Below, piece by piece: positions 48,301 to 61,922 of a DNA stretch of 64,000 bases; position 1 is the first letter of the stretch; the number at the start of each line of letters is the position of its first letter. The notes beneath the pieces are model-generated. The model did not search any database. It worked only from the letters and a program-made list of their open reading frames with translations, and was not told the origin of the DNA. The translations under genes were made by a program, and so were the position numbers. Source of the stretch: Squalus acanthias (lineage: Eukaryota); assembly GCA_030390025.1 (NCBI GenBank), contig CM059432.1:128776001-128840000 (forward strand), given 5' to 3'.

Positions 48301-49699
48301 GCTGAGTTAGCTCATTTCAGATGCGGTGGTGATAGGCGTGTTGCAATTGTCCTCAGCGTCAATGAGCATGTGAGGCCAATAAACAGATAGATTCCCACTC
48401 CCACTCACTGCTCCTTGACGCACTATTGGCAACTGCATGTTTGTAGACACAGGTGGGGACAGGATTGGGTCATGGATACATCACCCACATGTGTGGATCA
48501 ACTGTTGCATCTCACATTTGAAGCAATCACCACACAAATACACATGTTTTGAGAGAAATAAGTGGTGGCTGAAGGGTCGACTGGTACAGAGCAGGGGTTC
48601 AGCACACTGAGAGCACAAATCAGTTTGCATGGGGATATGGACCCTAGTGAAAGTTGGTACAGCCCAGGACTGAAGTGATGAGTCACTTGCCTTCTTACAC
48701 ATCAAAGTACTCTAGGTAGCGTGGCCATCGAGACTCATATATGCTGTCAACTCCCATGTGACTGAGATCACAGAGCAATGTTATCTGCATGATCCTGTGT
48801 CTACCATTGAGCACACGGCAACATTAGTGGCATCTGCAGTGGAAACCTCAGTTATGCAGGCCATAGGCACACTAGGAGCGTCTCTCAGGGATGTCGCCAC
48901 AGAGATTTTAGCCTAGACCTTCCAATATTCGTGCTGCTTATACTTAAATGGTTAGAAATAGTGACATGAGCGGAAGTGATACTATTTGCACCCAATATTC
49001 GGAGGTCAGCTCATTATCAGAATTATACCTATCTCCATGTCCAAGTTGGCCCTCATGTCAGCAGAAGTTCTGCGCCATCATGTAGCCCTGCAAAAATAGC
49101 ATTTGCTGCTATCTCTGGCAGCACCGAATCTACAGTCACCACATAAAATGATACGCCTGGACAGGTCCTCAGAGTTAGTCACAGATGCAGTTAACCAATT
49201 GGTTATGCAGCCACCAACCAGAGCTACTCCCTCAACCAGGGAGCACTTATGAGTAGTGCACGTGGATAATCAATGCAAGAAACTTCATAACAAAGTGCGA
49301 CATATCAACAAACCACATTAATCATTGTACACCACAAACACGACAAATCATGATACATTTAATTCACTTTTACTATATGAGGCAGTCTTTTATTCTTTCA
49401 TTGTACTGAAAAGAAAGTGTTAAGGAGCAAAAATCTCTGTTCACTAATTTTACTGAAAAATGTTGACATGGATATAAAGGGAATGAACTGATGTATACCT
49501 ATGCTGTATTTTCCATTAAAATTAGCAAACAGAGGAACGTCACACCCCGCTCGCCATATCCAACATTATATCTAACAGATAAAATTAACTTCTTTGCCAA
49601 AACTAAACAGATATAGCAAATTCAGTTTCATGACTAGAAAGAAATATTGTCCAGTTGCAAAACTCACAAAGCTCAATTGCAGAAGTGGGCAAAAAGATC

Positions 49700-50500
49700 C
49701 TCATCTATCCCTGTCTCCAATGGCTGGGTATTCTGCTGCTGGTAGCTACTATGGTGGTTTGCATTTGCCCATCATCTAAGTCCATGGGGAGGCCTCTTTC
49801 CATAGCAGTATTGTGTAGAATGCAGCGCACTGCTCTAATTTTGTCGATCATCTCTGAGGCATGTTGTACTCTTCCCACAATGATCAAAGCATCTAAACGC
49901 TGCTTTGGAACTTCACCTGTGGGATGCTAGAGATTGTGCAACGGTTGCATCATGTAACTTATATAACTCTGAGGAGCCAGCCATTCATCCTTCTTTTTCA
50001 AAGAACTGCTGTTACAAATTTTGGGTCTGCACTAGATGATCACTCAGGTTCAGCATCACCAATCACTCCCATAAGTGGACCCTGAATTCCCTTGGATCTG
50101 GAGAACACCGTGTCTGGACAATATCTAGTCAAATGATAGGGTAACCTGTGGATCATAACACTAAGACCCCGTGTTGTGTGTACTGGATACCGTGACCTTG
50201 CATGTGCCGCCACATGAGTTCTCCTTTCTCTTTTGGAAGGTGGACTGAAAAGCTCTCTAGTGAGATGAGACCAATCATGAACCAATAAACTGATTTATTT
50301 TACATGAAATATGTTGGGCATATTGATTGAAGAGCATTCTAGCATTGAAGGTATGAGTAGCTCTGTAAAGTGCTTAACTGCCTTCATTGTTTCAAAACTG
50401 ATGTGGTATGTGAGAATACCTACCTTTGACTGCTGATTCATCTGGTAATACAACTAATTTGTCCTAAACAACATTTCAGATAGCGTGCGTCTATCTGGGA
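49700..50500 (-). pseudogene. Ancient Harbinger transposase remnant
   Basis: GRVQHASEMIDKIRAVRCILHNTAMERGLP resembles the GG.LQY.P....II..CC.LHN.A..RG.P C-terminus; GWLL and THVA remnants upstream. Confidence 0.5.
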
Positions 50501-50568
50501 GATAACCCTTTGTGTACTTCAACTACAGTATTCCTGCTGAGCCTCCATCATGCCCAGGTGCCTGACTA

Positions 50569-50670
50569 TAGAACATAAGAACATAAGAAATAGGAGCAGG
50601 AGTAGGCCAATCGGCCCCTCGAGCCTGCTCCGCCATTCAATAAGATCATGGCTGATCTGATCCTAACCGC
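50569..50670 (-). mobile_element. Short CR1 3'-end fragment
   Basis: aacataagaacataagaaataggagcaggagtaggcc is the reverse complement of a CR1 (ttcttatg)n tail and 3' UTR. Confidence 0.75.
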
Positions 50671-51035
50671 CAATCTACTATCTATCACATCATATCACAT
50701 ATAGCGGTAGACCATCTGTCTGGGGGTAGTATCTGATGCAAGTTGTGAGCCTCCTATGTGCTTTGCGCTCCCAGATACCCTCCTCTTCCTTCACTGCGAG
50801 ATGCTTGAAAATAGACGCTGTGGGCCAGAAAACTTGTCCATTCACTTATGTCACTGCTGTGTAATCTCATTACTTTTTGATTATTCTCCACAGTTCTGAA
50901 TGAGTTGTGCATGGTTTGCACTTAACAAGCTGTTAACAAATAAAACTGGCCTTGTTCCTAACTTTTCACTAATGTTCCTTGATTCATTTTTATTAACTGT
51001 AAGCACAGATAAAAATCCATTCTCGCTTTCCACAC

Positions 51036-54000
51036 ACAACAACAACAACTTGTATTTATATAGCGCCTTTAACAGTAGTAAAACGTCCCAAGGCGCTTCA
51101 CAGGTGTGTTATAAGACAAAAAATTTGACACCGAGCCACAGAAGGAGAAATTAGGGCAGGTGACCAAAAGATTGGTCAAAGAGGTAGGTTTTAAGGAGTG
51201 TCTTAAAGGAGGAAAGAGAGGTAGCGAGGCGGAGAGGTTTAGGCAGGGAATTCCAGAGCTTAGGGCCTAGGCAACAGAAGGCACGGCCACCAATGGTTCA
51301 GGGATGCTCAAGAGGGCAGAATTAGAGGAGCGCAGATATCTCAGGGGTTGTGGGGCTGGAAGAGATTACAGAGATAGGGAGCGGCAAGACCATGGAGGGA
51401 TTTGAAAACAAGGATGAGAATTTTGAAATCGAGGCGTTGCTTAACCGGGAGCCAATGTAGGTCAGCGAGCACAGGGATGATGGGTGAATGGTGCGAGTTA
51501 GGACACGGGTAGCCGAGTTTTGGATCACCTCAAGTTTATGTAGTGTAAGGTTTCCAAAATTTGCAGATCCCCAAAACCTAAGGAAAAAGGACTTTGGAAC
51601 TACCTCAGAGTGATAAAAATGCATTTGGGCCTAACCTAAGGAATTTAAGACCAAAAACCAAGTTTTGGCATTTTAAAAACATGTCTGGGCCTGTAATAGG
51701 GAGAAAAGCCTGCGAAGGAAGTTGGGATCGACCTCAGTTTTGGGTATTGCAGTTAAATTGCATTGTCTGGGGAATCGGGATGACCTCACTCAAGCCCCAG
51801 CAAGCATTAACATTTTGACAATAGACCCCAGGAGGAGACAGTCCCACCCAAAACAACAGGTCCCATCAAACCGATTACAGAGCCCATTAAAGACATGCAT
51901 AAAGCAAATATTCGACCGAAGTCCTAGGCCCAGTCAAGAAACCCAAAACATGAGGACAATTCAAACTCCGATTAAACAACAGATCGACAGGATGGAGCTA
52001 TCCTGAAACCACTTCACACATTTACAAAACCAGTTAACACACTAGTAAAGTCGTTACTGTTAACGAGGTCTTACAATGACCAGGATTTGATTTGATTTGG
52101 TTTTGATAAGGCCACTTCAATTTAGTATAATTGAAGGCCCATCAAGCAGTTCAAAAAGAAAAGCAGTAACAACAGTTCAAGTTCAACAGAAGGCAGTTCT
52201 GCAGTTTTGGAGTTCAATTTGAAAGCCTGTTTTTCAGCAGAAGTCAGTGCTGGAATTACAGAGTTCAGGAGAAGCAAGTTGGGCAGTTAAAGAAGACAGT
52301 TCAGTAAGAAGGGAGTTCTCCAGTTCTCCAGTAAAACAGTTCAAGTTCAACAAGCAGGCAGAAGGCAGTTTCCACAGTTCTGCAAGAAGGCCGTTTAATA
52401 GCTCGGAAGAAGACAGTTTAAACAGAAAGCAGTTCAACAAAGAAAGCCAACAGCTCCAGAAGCAGACCGACACGCAAGAAGAGACCAGAGCGACTGCCTC
52501 AGTGACCATCGGACACCTCGCGGCAACAAGGGCCTTACGAAACCTTTTACTCAAAAGACTCTAAACCCTAACTCTCAACTGTCAAGGATTCGTTTGGTGA
52601 GCATTATCCCTGGTTCTCCAGAGTCCAACCTAGCTAGTGAAGTGGGATTGGGAGGGGTGAAGTATTCTTCTAATGTTATTTCCCTCGCGTGTACCGAAGT
52701 GTTCCTCACCTTTAGAGTGTTAAGATTGTTTGTGTTGTGTTTTACTTTCTTGAATAAAGATCGAAGTTCTTTCATCAAAACCTGTTGTCGACTGCACCTT
52801 TGTTCACGACCCCCAAATAAGTCCACGGTCTAGAACCAGGGGCATGGGAGCGATTCGAACCGCTCACTGAGTCAGCGGTGAAGCTGACCCTACCACACCA
52901 CCCCCTGCAGTAGGGTAGAATGTGGGAGGCGGCCAGGAGTGCATTGGAATAGTCAAGTCTAGAGGTAACAAAGGCATGGATGAGGGTTTCAGCAGCGGAC
53001 GAGCTGAGCCAGGGGTGGAGACGGGCGATGTTACGGAGGTGGAAATAGGCGGTCTTAGTTATGCTGCGGATATGCGGTCGGAAGCTCATTTCGGGGTCAA
53101 ATATGACACCAAGGTTGCGAGCAGTGTGGTTCAGCCTCAGACAGATGTTAGGGAGAGGGATGGAGTCAGTGCCTAGGGAAGGGAGTTTGTGGCAGGAACC
53201 AAAAACAATGGCTTCGGTCTTCCCAATATTTAATTGGAGAAAATTTCTGCTCATTCAGAACTGGATGTCGGACAAGCAGTCCGACAATTTAGACACCGTG
53301 GAGGGGTCGAGAGAAGTGGTAGAGAGGTACAGCTGGGTATCATCAGCGTAAATGTGGAAACTGACGCTGTGTTTTTGGATGATGTCGCCAAGGGGCAGCA
53401 TGTAGATGAGAAATAGGAGGGGGCCAAGGATAGATCCTTGGGGGACACCAGAGGTAACGATGCGGGAGTGGGAAGAGAAGCCATTGCAGATTCTCTGGCT
53501 ATGATTAGATAGATAAGAATGGAACCAGGCGAGTGCAGTCCCACCCAGCTGGATGACAGTGGAGAGGCGTTGGAGAAGGATGGTGTGGTCAACCGTGTCA
53601 AAGGCTGCAGACAAGTCAAGAAAAACAAGGAGGGATAGCTTACCTTTGTCACAGTCACAAAGGAAGTAATTTGTGACTTTGAGAGCCGTTTTGGTACTGT
53701 GGCAGGGGCGGAAACCTGATTGGAGGGATTCAAACATGGAGTTGCGGGAAAGATAGGCACGGATTTGGGAGGTGACAACACATTCAAGGGCTTTGGAGAG
53801 GAAAGGGAGGTTGGTGATGGGGCGATAGTTTGCAAGGACGGAGGGGTCAAGGGTTGGTTTTTTGAGGAGAGGGGTGATGACGGCAGATTTGAGGGAAGGG
53901 GGGTAGTACCTGAGGAGAGAGAACCATTAACAATGTCTGCTAACATGGGAGCCAGAAAAGGAAGTTGGGTGGTCAGCAGTTTGGTGGGAATAGGGTCGAG

Positions 54001-54850
54001 GGAGCGGGAACTGGGTCTCATGGACAAGATGAGTGCAGAGAGGTCATGAGGGGAGATCGGAGAGAAACGGGAGAAAGACGTGAGTTCAGGGCTAGGGCAG
54101 GGGGGAACCTTAGAGGAAGTTTGGCCCGGTGGGCTAGGGGAAGGAAGGGAAGTGGCAGAGGCAGCTGAACAGATGATCCACGAGCTCCTCACACTTGTTG
54201 TCGGAGGTGAGGGGTGGAGGAGACAGGGGAAGAGGGGTTTAAGAAGACGGTTAGCAGTGGAGAATAGAAGCGGGGTTTATCTTTGCATTCCAGAATGATT
54301 CTGGAATAGGGAGCAATTTTGGCAGACAAGAGCAGGACCTGCTAATGCTTTAAGTGGTCCAGCCAGATCTGGCGGGGAATGGCTAAACCAGTTGTCGGCC
54401 GTATCCGTTCAAGTCTGCGGCCCTTGGACTTAAGGGAGCGAAGATGAGGGCCCTACCAGGGGGAATGGCCAGGGTGAATGAAAGTTTTAGTAGGGACTAG
54501 GGCATCAAAGGTGGTGGTGAGGGTGTGGTTGAGCAGAGCGGTAGCTGCAGAAATGTCATGGAGATTGGAGGGCCAAAGGCTGGACAGTTGGGATTTCGTA
54601 AGTGCAGTTGTAAGAGAGTTTTTTCCAGGGGCGGACATAGAAGGAAGTAGGTTTGGGGGTGGGAAGGAGGATGTGGGCCGAGAGCGATACAAGGAAGTGG
54701 TCCGAGATGGCCTTATCTGCGGTTGACACGATGGGAGTAGAAAGGCCACGAGAGATGGCAAGGTCGAGGGGGTGGCTGTGAATATGGGTTGGGGAGTTTA
54801 CATGGAGGGAGAGATTAAGGGAGGTTAGGAGGCTAGTGAACTCAGCTATG
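51036..54850 (-). mobile_element. L2 LINE (EN remnant, RT, 3' end), interrupted by a solo LTR
   Basis: PTH..H.LDL, ISDH, QSGFR..HST.TAL, DLSAAFDTVDH, GVPQGSILGP, YADDTQLY, SRLDYSNALL; tail ggcgctatataaatacaagttgttg. Confidence 0.93.
51544..52909 (+). mobile_element. Solo LTR (1366 bp)
   Basis: TGTAAGG...CCCTGCA termini, GTAG/GTAG 4-bp TSD, host L2 resumes in register; internal tataat and AATAAA (about 52753); highly similar to 61923-63165. Confidence 0.9.
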
Positions 54851-56506
54851 AACATGCTATGACTTTTCAACTCACATCTAAAAGTAATGAAGTTAGGAGT
54901 TTTGGTCCCTTTAAATGATAAACAAAGTGCTAAAATAAAGTGCCTTACATGTCCAAGATCAATGAGAAGGTGTATTCTTGCACACCACCCCATCCTCATT
55001 ATAAATGTGGGTAAAAGCCCATTTTAGCTGATCAACTGATTCACCTTTATCATTTTATTTCAGATTTCCAGCCTTCAAGGTGTTTTTCTACCTTTGTCAC
55101 TGTATCTTTAATTGTTTTTTTGTTAGTATTTGCATGACATTGTCTTTGTTTAGTCTCTCATAATAGTGACATTAACAAATTACACACAGTACCCATTAAA
55201 ACAATTGGATTTCCCAGGGCGATATATGGACTTGCTGCTTTAATATAAACTTGTTTTTAATAGCAATGAATTGCAGTGTCAGGGATAAAGCCAGATGATT
55301 TTCACTAAAAGTTACAAAATTGAATTAGCTCATCATAGCCCATCAGAAATGCTATTAGTCACATTTGAAGCTCATCAGCCAGCTCATTAAACACAATGAT
55401 TATTAGCTATATCTGGAAGAGGTATCTTGGCATGAGATACCAGTTTTAGCAATCAACACTTCAGTAAATGGCCAGAGTGATGCCTGGGGGTGCAGTAATA
55501 AAATGGCTAATTCTGCTGTTGCAGCGTACGGGTGTCACTGAGCAGATATTCACTGCTGTGCTCTACAGTTTCACTGATTGATCTAGACCAGAGTCCCCTT
55601 TGTTCTAAGAATGGGCATGGAATTATTTGAACCAATTTGAATGGACACTCTTCGCATGAAGCTGTTGTGTAGTAACAAATTTGCGGTTACAAGCTTGTAA
55701 ACGAGTGTCCTTGTGCTAATGACTATGTGCTTGAATTGCATAGTTCTATTCTTCGGGGTAGTTTAGTTTAATCGCTGTTTAGTCAGCAAGATTGGGAAGT
55801 CTCACTACAAAATTCTAATAGGTAGATTCGATAGACTAGTAGTGAAAACTGATTGACAAAAGCATTGCTGCTGTGTCTATGTCCTGCTGAAAAATCACAG
55901 AAGCTAGTCATTAAATTAATCTTTGCATCACAGCTCACTGACCCATTTTCGCTCTGCTTTATGCTTGGATAAAAAAAGCATTCCCAGGTCCAAAGAGAAG
56001 AAAACCAGGCCCAAAATATGACAGGGCTGATACAAGGTAAAAAATATTCTTAACCTTACTAATAATGAAAGCTACAGCATCTTACCGGTATATTTGTAAT
56101 ACTATTTACCTACCATTTAACATACCAGTAACTTTACTTGTTTTTCCTTCTCCATAACCTTTTATTCTTATTTTTTGTCCCCAATACTTCCCACCATGGT
56201 TTTGCAGTATTTTCTTACGATCTGGGTGTTACAGTTGCACAGAAGCAGGGTGAAAACAACAGCATCTTTCTCACATACATGCAGAATTTGACAACAGGAG
56301 CTGAAAGTCTTCAACACTCAGGCCTAATTCTGGGAACTGACACAGAACTCAAGAGGATGGGTATGGTGGTCAACTGGCAACCCAGAATCTAACAATACGT
56401 GGGCCAATACCAGGCGCAAATGACCGTGAAAGCTGCTGATTCGCCAATGTCTTTCAGGGAAGGGGACCTGCCAACCCTACATGGTCAGCCCACATATGCC
56501 TTTAGT

Positions 56507-56975
56507 GTCAGCTGTGGCTCAGTTGGTAGCACACTTGTCTCTGAGTCAGAAGGTTGTGGGTTCAAGACCCACGCCAGGGACTTGAGTCCATAAAGCTGCG
56601 CTGACGTGCAGTGCTGAGGGAGTGCTGCACTGTTGGAGGTGCCGTCTTTCGGATGAGATGTTAAACTGAGGCCACGTCTGCTCTCTCAGGTGGATGTAAA
56701 AGATCCCATGGCTCTATTTCAAAGAAGAGCAGGGGAGTTATCCCCAGTGTCCTGCCCAATATATTTATCCCTCAACCAACATAACAAAAACAGATTATCT
56801 GGTCATTATCACATTGCTGTTTGTGGGAGCTTGCTGTGTGCAAATTGGCTGCCGCGATTACAACAGTGACTACACTCCAAAAGTACTTAATCGACTGTAA
56901 AGCACTTTGAGACGTCCGGTGGTCGTGAAAGGCGCTATATAAATGCAAGTCATTCTTTTTTTTTCTTTCTTTCTT
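56507..56975 (+). mobile_element. Full-length DeuSINE (SacSINE1-like): tRNA head, Deu domain, L2-type tail
   Basis: A box tggctcagttgg, B box ggttcaagaccc; ggaggtgccgtctttcggatgag...aaagatcccatgg core; tail gtgaaaggcgctatataaatgcaagt shared with the L2 3' ends. Confidence 0.85.
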
Positions 56976-57952
56976 ACAGTCCAACACTATATGGTTGATT
57001 CTTAATGCCCTCAGGGCAACCAGGGGTGAGCAATAAATGTTGCCCTCATCCTAAGAACAAATAAAAACCCCACCCCTAGCCCCAGGAGCCAGCCATCCAT
57101 GTTTCTTCTGCATCCATTTCTTCAGTTATTGCAGGAACGATGTGTCTCTCTACAACATTTTTGTGTTTGTTTCTGATGTCAGATTCTTTCAAATTGTCCA
57201 GATTCCAGATTTTTGTTTGAAATGATTTTACAGCAGGTCTTATTCTCAACCTTCCTGACACCAAGACTAACTTTTATGGTCAGAGTCGACATCAGCCGCA
57301 AAGGACCTACACGACAGAACACTGGTTACAACTATAAAATCAATCCTGTTTCTTGTCTGGCCGTCAGGTGACAACCGGGTCCACTTTTTTGTGGCTTACT
57401 TTGGTAGAAAAGTGTTTGTCACCATCACATTGTCACTTAGGCAGAAGGAAAGTAACTGTTCTCCTCATCTGTTTTCCTCACCAAATCCAAACTTTCCTAT
57501 AGCTCCATCCCTTACATTCCAGTTAGATCCTATTAAGTCTCCTATTATCAGCAACATGTCTTATCTTGGAGCTTTCTCTGTCACCGTTTGGAGGTCTCTA
57601 TATAAATCACCTATCTCTTTATCAGATGCTGCTGTTGTTTGTGCATGTACCCTGCATGATTGTGACTGCTCCAACTTTAGTCCTGAATCTAGCTTTCAAC
57701 ATACGGTGGGATATGGGTTGCTTGACTTGCAGTTGGTTTTAACACTAATGCTACTCCCTCCTGATGAATACCATCTTCCCTTACAGACACTAAAAAGCCT
57801 GTGCCCATCATAGTGAAACTCATCGTTACCATTCCATCTTGTCTCTCACAAACCTACTATTTCCCATTGGTATTTCTTTAGTTCGTTAATCAATATTAGC
57901 AAGGCTCTAGTTTGATGTGAGTCTGAACAGTCCATGTTCCTATAGATATCTT

Positions 57953-58984
57953 GGCCTAGAAATTCGTTGATGCCGCAACCCGTTTTACAAGCATAAAGCG
58001 GGTGCCTAAATGTCCAAAATTGGGTGGGCGGCGTGTGCATGCACATTCCTCACCGGAAGTACACCACCTGCCATATTGGTAAAGTTCGAAGTATAGGTGT
58101 CTGGGCCCGTGCCTGAAACAGGCATATGCATTTGCAAATAGTGGGCCGAATGCCTGTTTCAGGATCCCTTCCCGAAGGGAATGGTGGCATAGTGGTTATG
58201 TTACTGGACTAATGACCTGGAGACATGAATTCAAATCCCACCACGGCAGCTGGGAGTTTAAATTCAGTTAATTAAATAAATCTGGTATCAGTCATGGTGA
58301 CCATGAAACTATCGGATTGACTTAAAAACCCATCTGGTTCACTAATGTCCTTTAGGGAAGGAAATACGCCATCCTTACCTGGTCTGGCCTATATGCGACT
58401 CCAGACCCACAGCAATGTGGTTAACTCTTAACTGCCCTCTGAAATGGCCTAGCAAGCCACTCAGTTGTCAAGAAGGGGGCTCACCACCACCTTCTCAAGG
58501 GCAATTAGGGATGGGCAATAAATGATGGCTTTGCTGGCGACGCCCACATCCTGTGAATGAATAAAAAAAAGTTGGGCTCCCCTGATTGCAGCCAGTACTG
58601 AGCCTGGTGTGTTCAGGATAACCAAGTCTTCATTCATATGGCCACCACCAAAAAGGTAAGTTTAAAAAAAAACTGTCAGTTTCCTATCCACGTGGAGTCT
58701 TCCTCCCGGCTTTGCAGCAGTTCCGAAGACCATTGACGGCCCCCCACTGACTGCATACGATCACCTGACCCCCCTACCCGAACGCCTCTGACCCCCCGCA
58801 ATTGTTTCCCCCTCTCCTAATCGCCGGCCACACTCCCAATTGCAGGTGTTCGCAGCTCGCCGGTCTAATTTAAATGAGGCGGAGGCCCATTATCAAGTGT
58901 GACTCGGGCCTAACCGTTCCAGCACAGGGATTGTTCCCTGCACCTAGTTCACGCTGGCAGGCTGGCTGTATCCAATTTCAACCC
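57953..58984 (+). mobile_element. Harbinger-type MITE (family D) containing a SINE
   Basis: Termini ggcctagaaattcg / ccaatttcaaccc with CTT/CTT TSD. Confidence 0.7.
58178..58570 (+). mobile_element. tRNA-derived SINE (same family as 44921-45304)
   Basis: tggcatagtgg A box, ttcaaatccc B box, LINE-derived tail caccaccttctcaagggcaattagggatggg and poly(A). Confidence 0.88.
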
Positions 58985-59464
58985 CTTTATGTTTTATACC
59001 GATTAAAATCTTTCCTGAGAAACTTGTCTGACTGATAGAAAACATCGATAACATATCACTGAGCGCTGTTAGAGTGGATAGGAAACTGACAGAATGGTTC
59101 AAATTAACAGTGAGGTGAGACAAGAAAGCACACTGCCTGATTTAATTAATCTACTAGTGGAAGCAGTAATTAATCTTGCACTAAAAGATGATATTGGAGG
59201 AGTCTCCTAATGTGGCAAGATTTTAAATAATCTCAGATCTGCTGATGACATTGACCTTATAGCAAAATCTAAAACAGATTTGCAGAGGCTAACTGATAAG
59301 GTGTATGTGGAGCGTGGAACATTTGGATTATGGATTAACACAAAGAAGACAAAGGTCATGTCATTTGGGAAGCATCAGGAAGATGTACAGTTTACAGTCA
59401 GAGAGGATGCAGTTGAACAGGTGGAAACGTTTATATACCTTGGTGGGTTAGTGTCAGAGAATAG

Positions 59465-60309
59465 GGGCGAGAAACTCAGTTGATTAGCGCCTCCCGTTAG
59501 CGCTAACGGGGTGCAAAGCAACTAGCGCCCGGGCGCGGTGATGTTTGCGCCGCTCGTGAAATTGACCAGACATTTTGCGACGGCGCTAAACACTACCGCC
59601 ATGATCTCCTGCGCCCGCAGATCGTGACGTCAGTCGAGCATGCAACGCCCCGGTAGCACCCTGGACTGGATATTGAGTGGTGCCCCCTGCCTTTCTGCCT
59701 GCCGCCAGCAACGACAGGTAGAGGGGAGCGTTTTGCAGTCAGGAAGGGACTGGGGGAGCGCTATTTAAAGGCGGCCGCTTCCTGCCTTTTATTGTCGGCG
59801 ACATTTTTGCACCACGCATTCTGAGAGAGAGAGAGAGACTTCTGGAGAGATTCAACGCTGTGTGAAGGAGTTTTGGGTACTGAGCAGCACTTTGCAGGTT
59901 CATTTTGATTTGCCCTTCCTTGTATCGATTTAGAAGAGACTGTGGGGGCTGCACTCTGAGCTCTTTCCCTGGGCTCTCCATTGTTCTTTCCAGCAGAATT
60001 GATGAACAGATCTCTCCAGGCCGAGATTCAAGGCTGCAATGAGCAGGGTGTGGCTGGAGAGCAAGATCGACCCTCCCCTTTAAGAACTGGCCGGCGCCAG
60101 TGTGTCTGTGTTCCATTGCTAACTGACATCACATGAGCTTCGCCAGCGCTCTGAGGTAGCGCCTTGCTCCTTGGCGGTAGCGCCTGATTTAGCGCTCAAA
60201 TCACCTCCAGGGGCGATAGAGGCCAAGTTTGCAGTTGGAGGCGATAATTAGCGGCAGGCGCTAAACTTTGCGCCCGGCCAATAATTGCACCCCAACGAAT
60301 TTCTCCCCC
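59465..60309. mobile_element. Harbinger-type MITE (family B)
   Basis: Termini gggcgagaaactcag / cgaatttctccccc with TAG/TAG TSD; inserted in the RTE RT region. Confidence 0.78.
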
Positions 60310-60319
60310 TAGGAGTTTA

Positions 60320-60657
60320 AAAATAATCATTCTCAAGATGTGGGTATCAACTGCAAGGCTGGCATTTATTGCCCATCTCCAGTTGCCCTGATACAACTGA
60401 GTAGCTTGCTAGGCCACTTCAGAGGACAGTTAAGATTCAACCACATTGCTGTGGGAATGGAGTAACATAGAGGCCTGATGGGGTAAGGACAGCAGGTTTC
60501 CTTCCCTAAAGGACATTAGACAGCTTTTACTGGTACCAGCTTTTTATTTCCAGATTTTTTTTTAACAGATTTCAAATTCTCTAACTGCCATGATGGGATT
60601 CTATCTCACGGACTCTGGATTAATAGTTCAGTAACATAACCACTGCACTACCGTACC
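60320..60657 (-). mobile_element. tRNA-derived SINE (same family as 44921-45304)
   Basis: Reverse complement begins ggtacggtagtgcagtggttatgttactg and ends gatgggcaataaatgcc. Confidence 0.82.
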
Positions 60658-61922
60658 TGAGTTGTGATGAAAACGTCAAAAGAATGATTGGAAGGCTAAA
60701 GATATTTTGGTAAAAAGAAGGTATAAAGTTCCTGAAGCAATGGTTATCCCCATATTAGTTTACGGACCTGTGTGCTGGAACATGAGCAAAAGATACTAAC
60801 AGCAGAAATGAGTTGTTTGAGAAGAATACTGTGAGTATCCAGGATGCAAAGAATCAAGAATGATATAATACGAACATGGCTCGGACAAGAAACAACTCTT
60901 ATAAGAAATTCAATAAAGACGACTACGATGGTTTGGGCATTTTTCAAGAATGGAAACAGCTAGAATACCTTTCATGGCCCTTCATACAGAGGTACATGGA
61001 ACAAGAAATCAAGGAAGACCAAGGACTCGCTGGATGGACAACGTCAAGAGTGACTTGTCACAGAAAGAGATACAGAAGACTGATGCGGACATGCTAGTTC
61101 AGAACCAACAACAGTGGTGTGAATTTATTCAGCTCCATCATCGCTACTGAGTCGACAGATGAGAATTTAGTAGTCGTATTAAAATAACATTAAAAGAACA
61201 CTTCCAATGTATTCTGAGGGGACACCACTCATCTATAACCAGCAGCCAGCTACTAGAGGCCACCTGTCTGGCACCAGCAGGCAACAGCTAGAAACCATTC
61301 ATATCCACTAGCAACTAGCTAAACCACAGACAGCCAACCACCACCAGCAGTCAGGCAAGTAAGAGCCAGCCAGCAGAAGCCAACCCACGAGTGCCAGCAG
61401 CTAGTCAACAGAACCTTCCCTTCCACAACCAGCACTGAGGCACTGAAAGCCACTTATGCTGACACTCTGCCCCTCCTCTCTCTTCCAGTCCATCCTGGCA
61501 CTCTCTCCCTCTAGTACTGCTCCTGGGTTTATTGTATCTCTTTCCCACCCACTACAACTCCCGGGACAGCTCTGCCCGGCTTCCACCACCCCCCCCCCAT
61601 AGTATGCAGCCATTCAATCATTACGACATTTACTACACCATCAATGGGATTCACTAGGAGCTGTGGCAGAAATCAGGCAGGGGGGATGGTGGGAATGACT
61701 TGATGAGCACTCTTGGGGTGGGCAGCCAGTTGATGAACATATATGGAGGATAATGGTGGATGGATATTACATCCTCCTATGATGTAATCTAATTTACCTG
61801 GCATCGCGCCATTCCTCTTCCGCCTCCTCTTCTCCATCTTCCTCCAAATAGCAACAACAACTTGCATTTATATAGCACCTTTAACATAGTAAAATGTCCC
61901 AAGGCGTTTCACAGGAGCGTTA

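Larger units (their letters stand above)
57078..61178. mobile_element. Decayed RTE-clade LINE; endonuclease on minus (57078-57950), RT and C-terminus on plus (58990-61150), interrupted by two MITEs and SINEs
   Basis: Minus: ELKKYQWEIVGL, GFGEEN, VTNTF, SPDGQTRNRIDF, ADVDSDH. Plus: NNLRSADDIDL, GLWINTKKTKVM, VEQVETFIYLG, RLRWFGH, GRPRTRWMDNV. Confidence 0.78.

Noticed and set aside
52234..52833. ORFs inside the LTRs, repeated at 62585-63184
   Set aside because: They recur only because the LTR is duplicated; frames and lengths differ between copies and no retroviral motifs are present.
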